A DNA stretch of 63,543 nucleotides, counting the filler. It is 4 parts of 4 records of this genome, joined end to end, with 100 filler letters (N's around TTAATTAATTAA, not from the genome) between each part and the next. Parts side by side here need not be neighbours in the genome. Positions count along the whole stretch, not along the records: positions 1 to 18,894 come from SRR31156797_331; positions 18,995 to 38,914 come from SRR31156797_334; 2 more parts are not named here. The stretch is one strand, 5' to 3'. Positions 10,700 to 21,530 of this stretch are shown here, piece after piece (the stretch's first letter is position 1; every line of letters starts with the position of its first letter). The notes beneath the pieces were generated by a model. That model was given only the letters and a program-made list of their open reading frames with translations. It did no database searches and was not told the origin of the DNA. The translations under genes were made by a program, and so were the position numbers.

Positions 10700-12232
10700 T
10701 TACTTGTAGATAACAGCACCAGACATTTCTGCTGGAATTTCAGTATCTGTAAGTGCAAGCATTGTTGGTGCAAGGTCAGACAGTTTGCCACCTTCAGTGA
10801 ACTCGATGTCTTTGTTACCAACGTAAACCAGTGGAACTGGAAGGCTAGTGTGCGCTGTATGAACACCACCGGTTTCTGGGTTGATCATCATTTCAGCGTT
10901 ACCGTGGTCAGCGGTGATAAGTAGTTGGCCATCAACTTCCTTAATCGCTTCTACAACACGGCCGATACACTCATCAACTGCTTCACAAGCTTCAACTGCA
11001 GCTTGGTAAACGCCAGTGTGGCCAACCATGTCACCATTCGGGTAGTTACAGATGATCGCATCGTACTTGCCAGACTTGATTGCAGCAACAAGCTTGTCTG
11101 TCAGTTCTGCTGAACTCATTTCTGGTTGTAGGTCGTAAGTCGCCACTTTTGGAGAAGCAACAAGTTGACGCTCTTCGCCGTCAAATTCTTCTTCAACACC
11201 ACCATTGAAGAAGAACGTTACGTGCGCGTATTTCTCGGTTTCAGAGATACGTAGCTGAGTTTTACCTGCTTTTGATAACCACTCACCGTAAGTGTTTTCT
11301 AGTGATGCTGGTGGGAATGCTGCTGGCAGTGGGATGTCAGCTGCATATTGAGTTAGCATTACGAAGTTTAGTGCTGGGAATGCTTTACGCTCGAAGCCTG
11401 CGAAATCAGTCACGAAAGTACGAGTGATTTGACGCGCACGGTCAGCACGGTAGTTCATGAAGATAACAGCGTCGCCGTCTTGCATTGCTGCTGCTTCCTG
11501 ACCTTCTGCACGTAGCTCAGTTGGTTTTACAAACTCGTCATTTTCTTCACGAGCATAAGCCGCTTCAAGACCCGCTACAGCCGAATCGTAAGTGAACTCA
11601 CCTTGAGCTGAAGTAAGAAGATCGTAAGCTTTTTCTACGCGATCCCAGTTGTTATCACGGTCCATAGCGTAGTAACGACCAACCAGAGAGGCAACGCGGC
11701 CTTTACCCAGTTTAGCGAATAGCTCATCAAAGCGTTTTAGCGAGTTTTCAGCGCTACGCGGTGGAGTATCACGGCCGTCTAGGAAGCAGTGTAAGTAAAT
11801 CTTTTCTGCGCCGCGAGCTGCTGCAAGTTCAACCGCTGCGTAGATGTGATCTTCGTGAGAGTGAACACCACCTGGAGACATTAGGCCCATTAGGTGTACT
11901 GCTTTACCTGCAGAAACCGCTTTATCGATCGCTTCTACAAGTGCTGCGTTAGTGTTGAAATCACCGTCAGCGATAGACTTAGTGATGCGAGTTAGGTCTT
12001 GGTACACGATACGACCAGCACCAATGTTAGTGTGACCAACTTCGGAGTTACCCATTTGACCGTCAGGTAGACCCACATCCATACCAGAAGCTGAAATCAG
12101 AGTGTTTGGGTTGTTTGCCATTAGAGCATCCATTACTGGAGTCTTAGCGTTGTTGATAGCATTGTTGCTGCTGTCTTCACGGTAACCCCAACCGTCAAGA
12201 ATAACTAGAGCCATTGGCTTCTTAGCTGACAT
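10700..12232 (-). CDS. gpmI: 2,3-bisphosphoglycerate-independent phosphoglycerate mutase
   Basis: [21 protein letters not shown] and ETEKYAHVT motifs; start MSAKKP. Confidence 0.98.
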   Translation of the reverse strand: MSAKKPMALVILDGWGYREDSSNNAINNAKTPVMDALMANNPNTLISASGMDVGLPDGQMGNSEVGHTNIGAGRIVYQDLTRITKSIADGDFNTNAALVEAIDKAVSAGKAVHLMGLMSPGGVHSHEDHIYAAVELAAARGAEKIYLHCFLDGRDTPPRSAENSLKRFDELFAKLGKGRVASLVGRYYAMDRDNNWDRVEKAYDLLTSAQGEFTYDSAVAGLEAAYAREENDEFVKPTELRAEGQEAAAMQDGDAVIFMNYRADRARQITRTFVTDFAGFERKAFPALNFVMLTQYAADIPLPAAFPPASLENTYGEWLSKAGKTQLRISETEKYAHVTFFFNGGVEEEFDGEERQLVASPKVATYDLQPEMSSAELTDKLVAAIKSGKYDAIICNYPNGDMVGHTGVYQAAVEACEAVDECIGRVVEAIKEVDGQLLITADHGNAEMMINPETGGVHTAHTSLPVPLVYVGNKDIEFTEGGKLSDLAPTMLALTDTEIPAEMSGAVIYK

Positions 12233-12411
12233 AGTTCTAACCTCGTCAAATTCAAAGTAACCCATAATTTGGGTATAAATATAAATTAGCGTAATTTTAC
12301 TACACTTTATAGCTGTTACAGTAGGGCAAGATCAATGATTCTCCCTATCAGTGCAATAAAATGTAGCCAATTGATCAACATTTCTGGTCACAGGTGCTTC
12401 ATTTATCGTCG

Positions 12412-13299
12412 TTATTGAACCAGGATTCCGGTTCCAATTACGGCTACCACAGCCCCAAACCAAGCGAAACGATTGGGTCGCTGTTTGGTGTAAATCCAAA
12501 GTATAGGCAATAGCATGATAGGTGTGGTAGAAGAAAGCAGGGCAACCATACCAACATTTCCTTCACGCAGAGCATAAAGAATCAAGGTCATCCCCATAGC
12601 CATTCCAATAAAGCCATTCACTGCTGTTATTCCGAAAATATTCCAGGTCATTTTCTGCGTTGGTCGAGCAACACGAGTGCCTGTCGCTCTAAGTAGGCAG
12701 TGAGCCACAAAAGCGGTTAACATCCGAATGGATGATGCGGCAACAGGATCAATATCCGTTTGCATCACCGGTTTTGCAATAACGCCGCCTAAAGCTTGGC
12801 ATAGCGCAGCGGTGAGTCCTAAACCGAGCCCTATCCAAACACTGCCATGCACCATCTCTAAGTGATTACTGGTTTGCCCGCGGCGGCCAAAAAATATGGC
12901 CGTGAGAACTCCCGAGAACACCAATGTTGCACCGACGAGTTCAATCCAAGTCATGGTTTCACTGAACAGGAAATATCCCAGAATGGTTGAGAAGACCGCG
13001 TGACAAGAAAAAAGCAGCCCTGATTGGCGTGGTCCCATGCGGTTGAGACAAGCGAAAAGGGCAGTATCACCAATAAAAATGCCGATTAATCCAGACCACA
13101 TCATCGGCTGGATGGCCGATGCATCAACCGTTGACCAACCACCAGTGAGAAGAGCCATAGTAGCGAGAATGGTAAAAGTACACCCCATACGCCAGCGGCT
13201 ATAGGCAAAGGTGCCTAAATGTCTGGCTGGAGTAACAGATAATAAGCTGGCAATTGCCCATAAAAATGCGGCAGCAAGCGCGAGCCATTCGTAGCCCAT
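12412..13299 (-). CDS. DMT/EamA family transporter
   Basis: About 10 hydrophobic helices in two EamA repeats. Confidence 0.88.
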   Translation of the reverse strand: MGYEWLALAAAFLWAIASLLSVTPARHLGTFAYSRWRMGCTFTILATMALLTGGWSTVDASAIQPMMWSGLIGIFIGDTALFACLNRMGPRQSGLLFSCHAVFSTILGYFLFSETMTWIELVGATLVFSGVLTAIFFGRRGQTSNHLEMVHGSVWIGLGLGLTAALCQALGGVIAKPVMQTDIDPVAASSIRMLTAFVAHCLLRATGTRVARPTQKMTWNIFGITAVNGFIGMAMGMTLILYALREGNVGMVALLSSTTPIMLLPILWIYTKQRPNRFAWFGAVVAVIGTGILVQ

Positions 13300-13395
13300 G
13301 AATATGACCTTTGAGAAGAAGGATAAAAGGGTTCTCAATATGCCATTAAGGGAAGGGAAAACAAAGAAAATTTAAAGTGTTGCGTTGGAGCGCAC

Positions 13396-13419
13396 CGCCT
13401 CCCTAAAAATAGGGAGGCG
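13396..13419 (-). terminator. Hairpin after the SLC13 permease gene
   Basis: CGCCTCCCTA-AAAA-TAGGGAGGCG. Confidence 0.6.
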
Positions 13420-13438
13420 AGTAAAGCGAATGAGGATG

Positions 13439-14854
13439 TTAGGTGAGAATCCAAGTGGCAGTGTAAACAATCATCAAGCCAATAATACCTATGATGACGC
13501 CTGTTTTTGCCATATCTTTGCTTTCAATTAAGCCGGTAGAGTACGCCAATGAGTTAGGTGGCGTGGATACTGGCAGAATCATCCCTAGTGATGCTGAGAA
13601 CGCAACGACGACCAGTAAACCTTGTAGTCCACCAATATCGACCAAACTGTGCATTGATGCACCAATCGCAGCGGCTATTGGCATAAGCAAGTTAGCGGTT
13701 GCGGTGTTTGACATAAAGTTCGCCATTAACCAACAGATAATTGAAAGCGTTACGACCACCGACATAGGTGATAAAGACTCATAATCAATCGCGTGAGCCA
13801 GAGCTTTTGCGAGTCCTGTTTGTTCGAGACCAATGCCAATCGCGATACCCCCGGCAACTAACCACAATACATCCCAGTTGATTTGCTTCAGTTCGTCTTT
13901 GCCCATGATCCCTGTCAGGGTGAAGACAGCGAGTGGAATGACCGCAACCACGTAGGTGTTCATTCCATGTAGAGAAGTCGTCATCCACAGAATAATGGTG
14001 GCAGCAAAGGTGATATAAACCACGTAGGCGCGCCAATTGCGGATGAATTTGCCTTCCAGTTTTAATGTCATCTCTTTTTGTGAAGAAGGGAAAAGCTTCT
14101 GCAGTAAAAACCAGGCGATGGTTAGCTGAATCAATACAAATGGCAAGCCCATCATCATCCAAGACAAGAAGCTAATCGCGTGTTCACCGGTTAAGTATTG
14201 CAGAGCGATGGCATTGGGTGGTGTACCAATAGGGGTCGCGATACCGCCAGTGTTGGCCGCAATAGGAATACATAATACCAAGGCCTTAATACCTAGATCC
14301 CCTTTAGGTGCGGAAGCAACAATGGGGCCTAATAACGCTAGCATCATCACGGTTGTAGCGGTGTTAGACATGAACATTGAAAACACGGAAGTAATCAGCA
14401 TCAAGCCGAGCATTATAAACTTAGGTTGGCTGCCGAATGGCTTAAGCAAAACGCGAGCTAAGTTATTGTCTAACTCGTATTTTGAGGCTGCAATAGCCAG
14501 AGCAAAGCCGCCCATAAATAGGATGATAATCGGTGAAGAAAAAGCACCAAAAATTTCAGTGTAAGGGATTAAATTGCCCAGTTCGTGGCCTTCTGGTGGT
14601 TGTCTAAACCAGTGTAACCCTTTGTTCGATAGCATGATCAACTCTAGCGTGATGATGAATATCGACGTGGCGAAAACAGGCACAGGCTCTAGTACCCAAA
14701 GTAAAGCGGCCAGTAGGAATATAGCGAGTAAGCGATGTTGGATAAGGGTGAGGTCATCGATAGGTATTGCGTCGATTGGCATCATTAGGACACCAAGAGG
14801 AATCAGCAAACACACGAACAATTTTATGAGCAACATAGGTTGCAACGTTGGCAT
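13439..14854 (-). CDS. SLC13/DASS family anion:sodium symporter
   Basis: Two SNT motifs (MSNTATT, MSNTATA), GTPPN and STPPN. Confidence 0.93.
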   Translation of the reverse strand: MPTLQPMLLIKLFVCLLIPLGVLMMPIDAIPIDDLTLIQHRLLAIFLLAALLWVLEPVPVFATSIFIITLELIMLSNKGLHWFRQPPEGHELGNLIPYTEIFGAFSSPIIILFMGGFALAIAASKYELDNNLARVLLKPFGSQPKFIMLGLMLITSVFSMFMSNTATTVMMLALLGPIVASAPKGDLGIKALVLCIPIAANTGGIATPIGTPPNAIALQYLTGEHAISFLSWMMMGLPFVLIQLTIAWFLLQKLFPSSQKEMTLKLEGKFIRNWRAYVVYITFAATIILWMTTSLHGMNTYVVAVIPLAVFTLTGIMGKDELKQINWDVLWLVAGGIAIGIGLEQTGLAKALAHAIDYESLSPMSVVVTLSIICWLMANFMSNTATANLLMPIAAAIGASMHSLVDIGGLQGLLVVVAFSASLGMILPVSTPPNSLAYSTGLIESKDMAKTGVIIGIIGLMIVYTATWILT

Positions 14855-14980
14855 GGGAACACCCTCAATCCAAAAATGATGATGAAATCTTAAGCCATTG
14901 AATCATTAGGGTCTTAGAGGAGGGTTAAAGTTTTTTGTTTTCACCAAGATAAAAGGTGGATGTGTGGTGTAGTTCAAAAT

Positions 14981-15009
14981 AAAACGCCCAGACAAAGCTG
15001 GGCATTTTT
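14981..15009. terminator. Terminator after psd
   Basis: AAAACGCCCAG-ACAAAG-CTGGGCATTTT. Confidence 0.7.
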
Positions 15010-15027
15010 CAACGACATTTGAGACTT

Positions 15028-15888
15028 TTATTTTTTGATGTGAGCGTAAGCGCTACCTAGCAAAGTAGGTGCGTTGTTTTTCATGCTTTCATCGAAATAA
15101 ACAGCATCTTTTGCGAATAAGTTAATGACGGTTGAACCGAGTTTAAAACGGCCCATTTCTTCGCCTTTCTTAAATGAAATTGCTTTATCACCCTGTGCTG
15201 GGTAATCCCAACGGTAAACTGTGTTGCCGCGAGGTGGTGTGACAGTTCCAGCCCAAGTCAGCTCAATGCTGCCTACGATAGTTGCCCCAACCAGCACTTG
15301 TGCCATAGGTCCGATTTCAGTATCGAAAATACACACCACACGTTCATTACGCGCAAACAGGTTAGGCACGTTTTCAGCGGTCAAAGGGTTTACTGAGAAC
15401 AGGTCGCCAGGTACGTAAATCATCTGACGCAGAGTGCCGTCGCAAGGCATGTGAACGCGGTGGTAATCACGTGGTGATAGGTACAAGGTTGCGAATTCAC
15501 CATCGACAAACTCTTCTGCAAGTTTAGCGTCACCGCCAAGCAGTTCCTGTGCAGAGAACTCATGGCCTTTGGCCTGAATAAGCTGACCGTTGGTGATTGG
15601 CCCAAACTGGCTAACACACGCATCGGCTGGATGAGTGATAACTGATTCATCTTCAACAACAGTACGAGCATCAGGTTTCAGCTCACGAACAAAAAACTCG
15701 TTAAACGTTTTAAAGTGTTTAGGATCTGAATGCAGAGCTTCGTCCATATTGACTTTATACTGTTTGATAAACCAGCGGATAACGGCTGTAGTTAGACCAC
15801 CCGCCTGAGCTGAGGCTAACTTACCGACTAAGCGAGTCAAACCGTGTTGTGGAATCCAGTACTGCAGTCCAACTTTAATTTTATCCAT
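15028..15888 (-). CDS. psd: Phosphatidylserine decarboxylase proenzyme
   Basis: [11 protein letters not shown] and GRFKLGST self-cleavage motif. Confidence 0.98.
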   Translation of the reverse strand: MDKIKVGLQYWIPQHGLTRLVGKLASAQAGGLTTAVIRWFIKQYKVNMDEALHSDPKHFKTFNEFFVRELKPDARTVVEDESVITHPADACVSQFGPITNGQLIQAKGHEFSAQELLGGDAKLAEEFVDGEFATLYLSPRDYHRVHMPCDGTLRQMIYVPGDLFSVNPLTAENVPNLFARNERVVCIFDTEIGPMAQVLVGATIVGSIELTWAGTVTPPRGNTVYRWDYPAQGDKAISFKKGEEMGRFKLGSTVINLFAKDAVYFDESMKNNAPTLLGSAYAHIKK

Positions 15889-15973
15889 TGTGTGTTATTC
15901 CAATGTGTTTAATCTTTGGGCGCGAGATGTTACTGAATTTCGCGCCAAGTGTCAGCTATTTGGATGTTAAATT

Positions 15974-16008
15974 TAGGGTCTGTTGACCTCAAAGGTCAAC
16001 AGACCCTA
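15974..16008. repeat. Perfect 16-bp inverted repeat, collapsed MITE-like element
   Basis: TAGGGTCTGTTGACCT-CAA-AGGTCAACAGACCCTA with TA at both ends. Confidence 0.75.
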
Positions 16009-16009
16009 G

Positions 16010-17071
16010 TTACAAGTCAGCTTTCTTGCTTCTAGAATACTGACGATTTGCCTTATTCTCATCCATACTTTCAATGATTCGATGGTAGTTTTCATAGCGG
16101 GTTGAGCTAATTTTACCTTTTTCCACTGCTTCACGTAGGATACAACCGGGATCATCTCCGTGTTTGCAATCGCGGAATTTGCAACCACCTAGATATGGGC
16201 GGAATTCAACATAAGCCTTTGTGATATCTTCGGCTTCTAAATGCCATAAACCAAATTCACGAACTCCGGGTGAATCAATTAAATCACCGCCTGAAGGAAT
16301 GTGGTACAAGCGAGCGGCTGTGGTTGTATGCTGGCCTAATCCTGACGTCGCTGAGATAACTCCTTCTTCAACAGATTCCGCTAATTCAGGCATCAGTGCG
16401 TTAACTAAGCTCGATTTGCCCACACCAGATTGTCCGACGAAGATATTGATTCTGTCGCGAAGTTTCTCTTCCAAAGCATTAATGCCTTCACCCGTCTCCT
16501 TACTGACGTACAGTACTTGGTAGCCAATACGTTCGTATTCTGCGAGTGATTCTTGATATTGATTACGCTGTTCTTCATCGAGCAAATCGATTTTGTTGAG
16601 AACGATCAGTGGAGCAATTTCCAGTGTTTCTGAAGCAATGAGATAGCGATCGATGATGTTCAAAGAAAGCTCAGGTAGTACCGAAGACACAATGATCATC
16701 TGATCAACATTAGCGGCAACGGGTTTTAAACCATCGTAATAGTCTGGACGAGTCAGAACAGATGTTCGCGGCTCTACTGCTTCCACGACACCTGAAATAC
16801 CTGCGAGGATTTCGTTGCCCGGACGCCAAATCACTTTGTCGCCAGAGACCAAGGTTTCAATACCACGGCGTAAATTACAACGATGGACCTCTCCGGTTTC
16901 AGGGTCTTCTATATCAGCATGTTGACCGAAGCGAGTGATCACTAACCCTAGCTTTGCGCTTTCCAGCATCGACTCTTCCCATTGTACGGAGTCTTCTTGT
17001 TTTAGCTTTCGGCTCTGGTTATTACGAACTCGTCTTACTTGGCCTTTCGTCAGCTTTTTTTTCTTTGCCAC
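16010..17071 (-). CDS. rsgA: Small ribosomal subunit biogenesis GTPase
   Basis: Circularly permuted GTPase ([16 protein letters not shown]) with CKFRDCKH..C zinc site. Confidence 0.98.
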   Translation of the reverse strand: MAKKKKLTKGQVRRVRNNQSRKLKQEDSVQWEESMLESAKLGLVITRFGQHADIEDPETGEVHRCNLRRGIETLVSGDKVIWRPGNEILAGISGVVEAVEPRTSVLTRPDYYDGLKPVAANVDQMIIVSSVLPELSLNIIDRYLIASETLEIAPLIVLNKIDLLDEEQRNQYQESLAEYERIGYQVLYVSKETGEGINALEEKLRDRINIFVGQSGVGKSSLVNALMPELAESVEEGVISATSGLGQHTTTAARLYHIPSGGDLIDSPGVREFGLWHLEAEDITKAYVEFRPYLGGCKFRDCKHGDDPGCILREAVEKGKISSTRYENYHRIIESMDENKANRQYSRSKKADL

Positions 17072-17216
17072 TCTGTTCTACTTTTTTGATTCGGGTGTAT
17101 TAACCACCAAATAGTTTATCAAACCCCCGGAGTAAATCCGGACCGGTCGCTATCTTGGTGATCTGAATTTGGGTATAGTACCTCTTTTAGCGATAAACCC
17201 ATATAGGCAAGTATTT

Positions 17217-17762
17217 ATGTCTTTTAGCGATCAAAACCTTATTTGGATCGATTTAGAGATGACAGGCTTAGATCCTGAAACTCATAAAATCATCGAAATT
17301 GCGACCATTGTAACCGATAGCGAGTTAAACATTCTGGCTGAAGGTCCGGTACTAGCTATTCATCAACCTGAATCTGAGTTAGATAAAATGGATGACTGGT
17401 GCACAACTACCCATACGGGGAGCGGGTTAGTCGATCGTATTCGTCAAAGCGATATCACTGAAGATCAGGCGGTTGCTCAAACTATTGAGTTTCTAGAAAA
17501 ATGGGTGCCACGAGGTAAATCACCAATTTGTGGCAACAGCATTGGTCAGGATCGTCGTTTTCTGTATAAGCACATGCCCGTATTGGAAGAGTACTTCCAC
17601 TATCGTTACGTTGATGTAAGTACGTTAAAAGAACTGACTCGTCGCTGGAAGCCGGAAGTTTTAGATGGATTTTCAAAGACGGGAACGCATTTAGCGCTAG
17701 ACGATATTAGAGAGTCTATTGCAGAGCTGAAATATTATCGTGAAACGATTATGAAAATTTAA
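17217..17762 (+). CDS. orn: Oligoribonuclease
   Basis: [30 protein letters not shown] (DEDDh); start MSFSDQ. Confidence 0.98.
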   Translation: MSFSDQNLIWIDLEMTGLDPETHKIIEIATIVTDSELNILAEGPVLAIHQPESELDKMDDWCTTTHTGSGLVDRIRQSDITEDQAVAQTIEFLEKWVPRGKSPICGNSIGQDRRFLYKHMPVLEEYFHYRYVDVSTLKELTRRWKPEVLDGFSKTGTHLALDDIRESIAELKYYRETIMKI

Positions 17763-17787
17763 TAGCAGGTTTGCCTGATATTGTTAT

Positions 17788-17815
17788 AAAGCCGCAGTGT
17801 TCACTGCGGTTTTTT
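17788..17815. terminator. Bidirectional terminator after orn
   Basis: AAAGCCGCAGT-GTTC-ACTGCGGTTTTTT. Confidence 0.8.
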
Positions 17816-18507
17816 CATGGGACGGGTAGGAACGCAAGTTGAGCAACGCCCTGAACGACTTTGGTAATTCCGCGGTTGGTTTTGTCAGCGACAATCAGTG
17901 CCATCATGTCTTGAATCATGACCATTTTAGAGAATAAGCGATCAAAACTGATATCGACACTCGATTCACCGATGTGATTGGTCAGTAAGAATACATTCCC
18001 CTTACTATCTTTTCGGTGATACAAACGCCACACAAAAATCTCGATGTTACGTGCACTGTTGTACAGCGATTGTTCGTCCAATGAATCAAGAATGAAAAAT
18101 TCTTGCTGGTGGTTGTAGGAACGACGCAGCATCTCTGTAAGTCCGACCATCGCCGCAAACACCCTGTCGCCTTTGAACTCTTCATCAAAACTTAGAAGAA
18201 TGGCATCAATTCCCGTTACGCCATTGAGTTCGGCGAAGACAAGTGAAGGTATTTCTATCGTGTCGTAGGTGCCAAAAATTTGCGCCATTCGTGCATCAAC
18301 CGTCATTCCAGAACTTTTCTTGAGTTGCCATGGGTTACGCACATAAAGTTTACGAGTTAACTCCATCAACAATTCTTTTTGCTGTTTTGCGTGCACATCC
18401 ATAACGAAATCCACATCACTTTTACCCAAATTACGTACGGGCTTCGGCATCGAGCCGCAGCCTGTAAGTAGAACACTGAATATCAGCAAGAGAACCAGCG
18501 TTGTCAT
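17815..18507 (-). CDS. Hypothetical lipoprotein
   Basis: Hydrophobic N-terminus with lipobox LLTG-C; start uncertain (18507 or 18540). Confidence 0.7.
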   Translation of the reverse strand: MTTLVLLLIFSVLLTGCGSMPKPVRNLGKSDVDFVMDVHAKQQKELLMELTRKLYVRNPWQLKKSSGMTVDARMAQIFGTYDTIEIPSLVFAELNGVTGIDAILLSFDEEFKGDRVFAAMVGLTEMLRRSYNHQQEFFILDSLDEQSLYNSARNIEIFVWRLYHRKDSKGNVFLLTNHIGESSVDISFDRLFSKMVMIQDMMALIVADKTNRGITKVVQGVAQLAFLPVP

Positions 18508-18806
18508 TTGTTGGTATTGCTTTGGGATTTGCTGAATCAAACCCGAATTCCTTTAGTCAAGGTTGGCCTTTTTGGTGGATATTAATGACGTTAGATGATA
18601 AAAATACGTTTCTTTCCAGATTGCTTGCAAATAATTCTATTAGAATAATGAGTTATCACGCATAAAGTGCAGGTTCTGTTCCGTGGTAGACTCACTTAAG
18701 AATAGAAAACTAAGCAAGCTTTCGGTTGCCTTTCAAGCAATTTTCTGAGTTTATGGTTGCTTTTTAGTCAAACGGAAAAAAAAAGATTATTTTTTTCGAT
18801 AAGGGC

Positions 18807-18834
18807 TTGCATCACAAAAAAATGCTCTTATAAT
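18807..18834 (+). promoter_or_regulatory. Sigma70 stable-RNA promoter
   Basis: TTGCAT-16 nt-TATAAT, A/T-tract UP element upstream, GC-rich discriminator downstream. Confidence 0.85.
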
Positions 18835-18866
18835 TCGCAGCCCTAAACGACGGAAACGTTGTTGAT

Positions 18867-18894
18867 GCGACACTAGCTCAGTTGGTAGAGCGCA
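18867..18894 (+). tRNA. 5' part of a tRNA, probably tRNA-Gly (anticodon not visible), truncated by contig end
   Basis: GCGACAC-TA-GCTCAGTTGGTAGAGC acceptor strand and D arm; orn-tRNA-Gly synteny is typical. Confidence 0.8.
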
Positions 18895-18994
18895 NNNNNN
18901 NNNNNNNNNNNNNNNNNNNNNNNNNNNNNNNNNNNNNNTTAATTAATTAANNNNNNNNNNNNNNNNNNNNNNNNNNNNNNNNNNNNNNNNNNNN
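18895..18994. other. Artificial contig linker
   Basis: N run, TTAATTAATTAA (stops in all frames), N run; composition changes abruptly. Confidence 0.98.
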
Positions 18995-19834
18995 TCAGCC
19001 CCCGATCCCTATCAGCGCGGCGCCGGAGATGGCCAGTATGAGTCCCGTGATCCGGGACACATTGAGTCTCTCTTTGACGAAGACCCGCTGCAGGATCACC
19101 GTGGGCGCCGGGTAAAGGGACGTCAGGATCACAGCCGTTACCATGATGCCCGAGCGGGTGGAGAGGAGGTAGAACACATTCGCCCCCATGTCCAGCATTC
19201 CTCCGGTCACGGCCTGCAGACGGCTGCCCCTTTCCAGCCTGAGAGGACTTCCCCTGAGTGCGGCCATGAGGAAGAAGAGGGGTACGGTGACACTGCGTGC
19301 CGCCACCAGGGGCCACATCCCCGAGGCCTCCGCTGTCAGGGCTATGAGGATAAAAAAGGCGCTGAACGAGGCTCCCGCCAGGAATCCTATGCGCAGGGAC
19401 GGGAGCACATGATGCCGCTGTTCCCCCTTCTCGGAGGAGAGGAGGAGAATGGCCGGCAGGGCGAGAAGCACTCCTGTCCATGTCATCGCGGGGGGTCTTT
19501 CCCCCCTGACGAGGACTCCGAACAGGACGGGCAGGGCCGCTCCCGTCAGGGCGGCGACAGGGGAGACGATGGAGGCCAGCCCCGTGGCCAGTCCCCTGTA
19601 GAGGAGACCCACCCCTGCGGCTCCGCATATCCCGGCGGCTGCGCCCCAGGCCAGGTCGGAGGGGGCGACGGCTGCGGCTCCCAGCAGGGGAGCGGCGACC
19701 AGGGCCACCAGGAAGCCCAGGCTCTGAGACCAGGCCACCACTGTGACGGCCGAGTTGCGTCGGGCCGAAAGACCGCAGAGAAAATCGGCGGCTCCGTAGG
19801 TCAGGGCGGATAATGCGGCGTAGATCAGTGTCAT
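18995..19834 (-). CDS. DMT/EamA family transporter
   Basis: YGAADF start, 10 TM helices, SLYPAPTV motif. Confidence 0.88.
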   Translation of the reverse strand: MTLIYAALSALTYGAADFLCGLSARRNSAVTVVAWSQSLGFLVALVAAPLLGAAAVAPSDLAWGAAAGICGAAGVGLLYRGLATGLASIVSPVAALTGAALPVLFGVLVRGERPPAMTWTGVLLALPAILLLSSEKGEQRHHVLPSLRIGFLAGASFSAFFILIALTAEASGMWPLVAARSVTVPLFFLMAALRGSPLRLERGSRLQAVTGGMLDMGANVFYLLSTRSGIMVTAVILTSLYPAPTVILQRVFVKERLNVSRITGLILAISGAALIGIGG

Positions 19835-19965
19835 GGTCCTGTCATTCTAGTCTTTCCCATTGAGCTGATCAACAGAGGGATGGGAGCAAAGGCATAAAGA
19901 TGTCTGACCTTTGTAGACACTTCTCAGTTGTCCCGGTACACTGGTTCCCAATAGGAGACCTTACG

Positions 19966-20883
19966 ATGAAAAAAATCTTAATCATTCTGAGTCTTGTCCT
20001 GTTCCTCGCCCTGCCTGCGGTCGCCGAGGGGAGTCAGGAGATTATCGCAGACGACAGTGAGCGCATCGCCATCATATCCGCTTTCGGACCGGAGATCGTA
20101 AAGCTCAAGGAGAACGCCGAGATCGAGCGGGAGCTGGTGATCAATGGAAAGAGCTTTACCCTCTGTGAGATCGAAGGGAAGAAGGCCGTCCTTTTTCTCT
20201 CCGGCATCAGCATGGTCAATGCGTCCATGACCACCCAGATGGCCCTTGATACCTTCAACATCTCCCATATTCTGTTCAGCGGAATCGCCGGCGGGGTTGA
20301 TCCCGAGCTGAATATCGGGGACGTGACCATCCCCGCGCGCTGGGCCCAGTACCAGGAATCCCTGTTCGCCAGGGAGACCGAAGAGGGCTATGACCTGGGC
20401 TGGCATGAAGAGATCTACCCCGGTTTCGGCATGATGTATCCTCAGAAGGTGGACGTCACCCACGGTCGTCTGGACGAGGCGGACGCCTTCGAGTCCAAGT
20501 TCTGGTTTGATACGGATGCGGAGCTTCTGGCAGTGGCAAAAAAGATCAGCGGGGTCAGCCTTCTCTCCAAAACCGATGAGGCCGCCCTTTCCCATGTCCC
20601 CAAGCTGGTGGTCGGTGGAAACGGTATTTCGGGCATGACCTTTGTGGACAATGCGGAGTACAGGGAGTGGGCCTTTGAAAACTTCGAGGCCGACTGTCTG
20701 GATATGGAGTCCGCCGCCGTAGCCCATGTTGCCTATGTGGCGGACGTGCCCTTCATCGCCTTCCGTTCCCTTTCCGACCTGGCCGGGGGCGGAGAAGGGG
20801 AGAACGAGATGGGAACCTTTTTCGGACTGGCCGCAGACAACGCCGCCGAGGTTCTGCTCCAGTTCCTGAAGGCCTGGGACTGA
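19966..20883 (+). CDS. Exported 5'-methylthioadenosine/S-adenosylhomocysteine nucleosidase-like protein (PNP_UDP_1)
   Basis: SGISMVNA, SGIAGG, DMESAA, RSLSDLAG motifs; AGGAG RBS before MKKILII signal peptide. Confidence 0.88.
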   Translation: MKKILIILSLVLFLALPAVAEGSQEIIADDSERIAIISAFGPEIVKLKENAEIERELVINGKSFTLCEIEGKKAVLFLSGISMVNASMTTQMALDTFNISHILFSGIAGGVDPELNIGDVTIPARWAQYQESLFARETEEGYDLGWHEEIYPGFGMMYPQKVDVTHGRLDEADAFESKFWFDTDAELLAVAKKISGVSLLSKTDEAALSHVPKLVVGGNGISGMTFVDNAEYREWAFENFEADCLDMESAAVAHVAYVADVPFIAFRSLSDLAGGGEGENEMGTFFGLAADNAAEVLLQFLKAWD

Positions 20884-20900
20884 TCATTTTGTCAGGCAAG

Positions 20901-20930
20901 AAAAAACCGGCGGGGAATCGCCGGTTTTTT
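20901..20930. terminator. Bidirectional terminator
   Basis: AAAAAACCGGCG-GGGAAT-CGCCGGTTTTTT. Confidence 0.85.
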
Positions 20931-20949
20931 CTTCAGAATTGATAAGCTC

Positions 20950-21324
20950 TCAGTCTTCTGACATCGTGTCCAATTCTCCATCTGCATCGATGTAGAAGGT
21001 ATATTTTTTTCCCTCTTCCACAATCATGGCCGGTGTATAAACAGATGCAGTGCTATGGTTGGAATCCGTATCAACAAGAGGGTTGTATGTGCCTGCATCT
21101 ATTTCACTATAGCTACTTGTACTTCCGCTGGAAGCGAATACCCAATCGGCATGACTGTCATCGAAATACGTTCCGTCAAAGTCTCCGAGATTAAAGTAAA
21201 CAGTAGCGCCTGAAGCATTGTTAACCCTGAACTCCGCAGGATCATCGCTGCCATTGCTGTTATCACAGGACACCAGAGCGTAAGAACTTAATAAAACCAG
21301 TGAAAGAAGAAGTAGTTTTTTCAT
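20950..21324 (-). CDS. Hypothetical lipoprotein
   Basis: MKK + hydrophobic stretch + LVS-C lipobox; AT-richer than neighbours. Confidence 0.7.
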   Translation of the reverse strand: MKKLLLLSLVLLSSYALVSCDNSNGSDDPAEFRVNNASGATVYFNLGDFDGTYFDDSHADWVFASSGSTSSYSEIDAGTYNPLVDTDSNHSTASVYTPAMIVEEGKKYTFYIDADGELDTMSED

Positions 21325-21530
21325 GAGAGAGAACTCCTGATAATGTAGAAATAATTTCTAATATATCATAAGTCATCGGTCTTTACTAATACCCTGTTTA
21401 TTTTTTTATCAGTCGGTATACGATTTGAAATGTATTCCTCTATATTTCTGTTGTCCGGGACTTGATACTCGATTTCCATATTTGTCCGGGGAAGAGCCGC
21501 TCCCTTCAGGGACGTCCTTCCCCATCAGCT

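Noticed and set aside
18939-19628. ORFs running into linkers (18939-19628, 38385-38966, 56035-57072 ends)
   Set aside because: Their ends come from N runs and the artificial stop linker; 18939-19628 is also an alternate frame of the DMT gene
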